Shown here piece by piece: positions 61,461-64,000 of a DNA stretch of 64,000 nt; position 1 is the stretch's first letter, and the number at the start of each line of letters is the position of its first letter. The DNA is from an uncultured Methanoregulaceae archaeon (GTDB taxonomy: Archaea; Halobacteriota; Methanomicrobia; Methanomicrobiales; Methanospirillaceae). The stretch is taken from NCBI GenBank assembly GCA_963841015.1, contig CAWJAX010000003.1, forward strand, positions 1 to 64,000, in the 5' to 3' direction. The notes beneath the pieces are model-generated. The model had not been told where the DNA came from and did no database searches. It saw only the letters and a program-made list of their open reading frames with translations. The position numbers were made by a program, and so were the translations under genes.

Positions 61461-61810
61461 CAGTATGGCGCTCCGGGACAGGTCAACTCATCAGCTGTCC
61501 TCATTGTCTGGCATATAGCATTCTGGAATATCTGGCCTATCATCCTATCCATATTATCTAGGCCATTTGAATTTCTTGTTATTTTAAGATATATACCTCT
61601 GAAAAATCATGGGAGACCTGAAGGGTATTTAAAAAAGGTGCTTTTTTAGAGAAACTGGATACGATTGAATAAGTCCTGGCCTATCAGGTACTGTATTATG
61701 TTCTTTGGATTTCCCTGTAGGTTTCCCCCGCTCGTTTTTAGAGATTTTCCTGTTTTTCCCGATGAGAGATCAGTGGGTTGAAATAACAGGGCGGGCAAAA
61801 ACGGTACGCA

Positions 61811-62518
61811 ATGCACCCGTATGTTATAGTCAACGTCGCCATGAGCGCTGATGGTAAGATCTCCACCCGGGAACGCCGACAGGTCAGGATATCGGGTTCG
61901 CAGGATTTTACCCGGGTTGATCACCTCAAAGCCGGGTGTGATGCGATCATGGTAGGTATCGGTACCATCCTTGCTGATGATCCTTCACTTACGGTAAAAT
62001 CAGAAGAGTGCCGAACATATCGCAGAAAACAGGGCTGGAACGTCAATCCTGTTCGCATTGCTGTGGACAGTTCAGGCCGTATTCCTCCTGAAGCATCGAT
62101 CCTGAATAAGGGTGAGGGAAAGCGTGTGATTGCAGTATCAAAAAGAGCAGATGCCTCAAAGATATCCATGCTGGAAAAAAAAGCGACAATAATTATTGCC
62201 GGGGAGGACGAAGTAGATCTCCACGTTCTCATGAACGAACTTGGCGCAATGGGGATCCATCGTATTATGGTAGAAGGTGGCGGGACCCTCATCGCAGGAT
62301 TGATTGAGGCTGGCCTTGTTAGCGAGATCTATACATTCATTGGAAATATCATCATCGGAGGAAAGGATTCACCAACATTTGCTGATGGGGAAGGGTTCAT
62401 TCTGGAATCGGCGTTTCCCCGTCTCACACTTCAGGAAGTCCGCAGGATCGAACAGGGTATCCTCCTGCACTGGATCTTTGAGAATCCGGATCAGAAAGAG
62501 ACCAATGGGGTTTTTTAG
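61811..62518 (+). CDS. 2,5-diamino-6-ribosylamino-4(3H)-pyrimidinone 5'-phosphate reductase (RibD C-terminal/ArfC type)
   Basis: AMSADGKI, AIMVGIGTILADDPSL, MVEGGG. Confidence 0.92.
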   Translation: MHPYVIVNVAMSADGKISTRERRQVRISGSQDFTRVDHLKAGCDAIMVGIGTILADDPSLTVKSEECRTYRRKQGWNVNPVRIAVDSSGRIPPEASILNKGEGKRVIAVSKRADASKISMLEKKATIIIAGEDEVDLHVLMNELGAMGIHRIMVEGGGTLIAGLIEAGLVSEIYTFIGNIIIGGKDSPTFADGEGFILESAFPRLTLQEVRRIEQGILLHWIFENPDQKETNGVF

Positions 62519-62602
62519 AGAAACGCACATGAATCGGTTCACACCGGAACAATGAAAATCGTCCTCTTTGCAAGAAGGCAGAGTGTTGTTTTGAATTTTT
62601 TA

Positions 62603-62811
62603 GGATCTGCAGAATTACGTTTTCTATGATGCATGTTACAAAGCAATGGGACACGAAGGAGGGTGCAGTTCCTGTCCCCCCAGTCCGCTGCGTTCAAGAC
62701 CGATGATGGCGCATTCCCTGTTCTGGTAATATCGCATTTTGAGGATATGAAAATGAGAGAGTGTAATTCCTATCATACACTTTCCTGATTACTGGGCATT
62801 TCTCCAAATCA
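62603..62811 (-). mobile_element. Decayed MITE-like module A (inverted)
   Basis: Ends GGATCTGCAGAA and TTCTCCAAATCA; internal gaaggaggg..cctgtcccc..cgatgatgg..cctgttc..tatcgcat. Confidence 0.65.
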
Positions 62812-62841
62812 AAAAATCCCCTGAATGAAAAGCCTGCATGA

Positions 62842-64000
62842 ATGCCAAGGCTCATCAACCATCACAAAAAACATTGCTTCACGTATATTCCGATAATCGT
62901 TCTTGCTGCAGTGTTTGCTCTTATAGCTATCCGGCAGGCAGGGAGATATAATCTTAAAATCTGGCAGATCATGCTTGGCGGAGCCATAGCAGTCCTCATA
63001 TCCGGGCAGATTTCCCTTCCCGACGCATTACGTGCTATCAATATCGATGTCATGCTCTTTTTATTTGGTATGTTCATTGTCGGTTCGGCACTTGTGGAAA
63101 GCGGTTACCTGTCCACGCTTTCCCACCGGTTTTTCTCGTATGCCCGCACTCCGGGCGAGATGATTTTTCTCATACTTTTTGGGACAGGATTCCTTTCCGC
63201 CCTCCTGATGAATGATACGCTTGCGATCATCGGGACACCCCTGGTCCTGGGACTTGCGACGAAATTCCGGATCTCTCCAAAACTGATGCTTCTTTCTCTT
63301 GCGATTGCGATTACGACGGGTAGCGTGATGAGTCCTGTCGGCAACCCCCAGAACCTGCTTATTGCACTCAACAGTGGAATGGAAACGCCGTTTGTCACGT
63401 TTGCCCTGTACCTTCTCATCCCTTCACTCATCAGTCTCGGTGCTGCATTTATCCTTCTCCGGTTTTATTTCCGCACAGATTTTTCAACCCGGGTTCTTGA
63501 CCATGATCCAATCCTGCCCGGCGATAATAAAATGTATTTTCCGGTGAAATGTTCGCTTGCAATTATTCTGATCCTTGCTGCCGCAAATATCATCGGATCC
63601 CTGTATGGCGGAAAAATTCTCGTACCCCTCCCTCTGATTGCCTTGTGCGCTGCATTCCCGGTAATCCTGTTCGGTCCAGACAGGATGCGACTGCTGAAAA
63701 ACATTGACTGGTTTACCCTTGTCTTCTTTGCCGCGATGTTTGTACTGATGGAGAGTGTCTGGCAGACCGGATTTTTCCAGTCATTTGTTGACCCGGGCAG
63801 GATTACTTCTGTCGCGATGATTCTTGTGACGAGTGTTGTTACCAGCCAGTTCATCTCCAATGTTCCTTTTGTTGCCCTGTTCCAGCCGATAATTCTGCAG
63901 ACTGGCGGAACAACCGTTCAGCTTATGGCACTTGCGGCGGGGAGCACAATTGCCGGAAACCTGACAATCCTTGGTGCCGCAAGCAATGTAATCATCATCC
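62842..64000 (+). CDS. ArsB/NhaD/SLC13-superfamily anion transporter, runs off the window
   Basis: Open frame to the window end; LMNDT, SPVGNPQNL, ISNVPF, STIAGNLTILGAASN; start uncertain. Confidence 0.9.
   Translation, partial: MPRLINHHKKHCFTYIPIIVLAAVFALIAIRQAGRYNLKIWQIMLGGAIAVLISGQISLPDALRAINIDVMLFLFGMFIVGSALVESGYLSTLSHRFFSYARTPGEMIFLILFGTGFLSALLMNDTLAIIGTPLVLGLATKFRISPKLMLLSLAIAITTGSVMSPVGNPQNLLIALNSGMETPFVTFALYLLIPSLISLGAAFILLRFYFRTDFSTRVLDHDPILPGDNKMYFPVKCSLAIILILAAANIIGSLYGGKILVPLPLIALCAAFPVILFGPDRMRLLKNIDWFTLVFFAAMFVLMESVWQTGFFQSFVDPGRITSVAMILVTSVVTSQFISNVPFVALFQPIILQTGGTTVQLMALAAGSTIAGNLTILGAASNVIII

Overview
Archaeal chromosomal window, most likely from a Methanomicrobiales methanogen (Methanoregula-like; inferred from the archaeal-type ThrRS, the PGF-pre-PGF surface protein and the gene content). 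It is mostly housekeeping and accessory genes: dcd, thrS, purB, nth, pyrH, pncB, metG, sod, a riboflavin-pathway reductase, liv ABC genes, two PiT/DUF47 pairs, two PAS histidine kinases, an AguB-AguA fusion, and three tRNAs (Pro, Ala, Phe). The main unexplained structure is intergenic. About 17 pieces of one modular, hairpin-rich non-autonomous element family (MITE-like) occur in the window. They share a ~12-bp terminal inverted repeat, (G/T)GCTCTG(G/C/T)AGAA, and the youngest copies have 8-bp target-site duplications. Internal modules (called A, B and C here) are shuffled, one 436-bp A+B composite moved as a unit, and one copy is nested inside another. No transposase is in the window. Other notable items are a histidine kinase whose phospho-His is replaced by Tyr, a shared GCACCA-N14-TGGTGC palindrome before the acetate transporter and acyl-CoA synthetase genes, and six single-base frameshifts that are probably sequencing errors. 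All alignments were made by eye.
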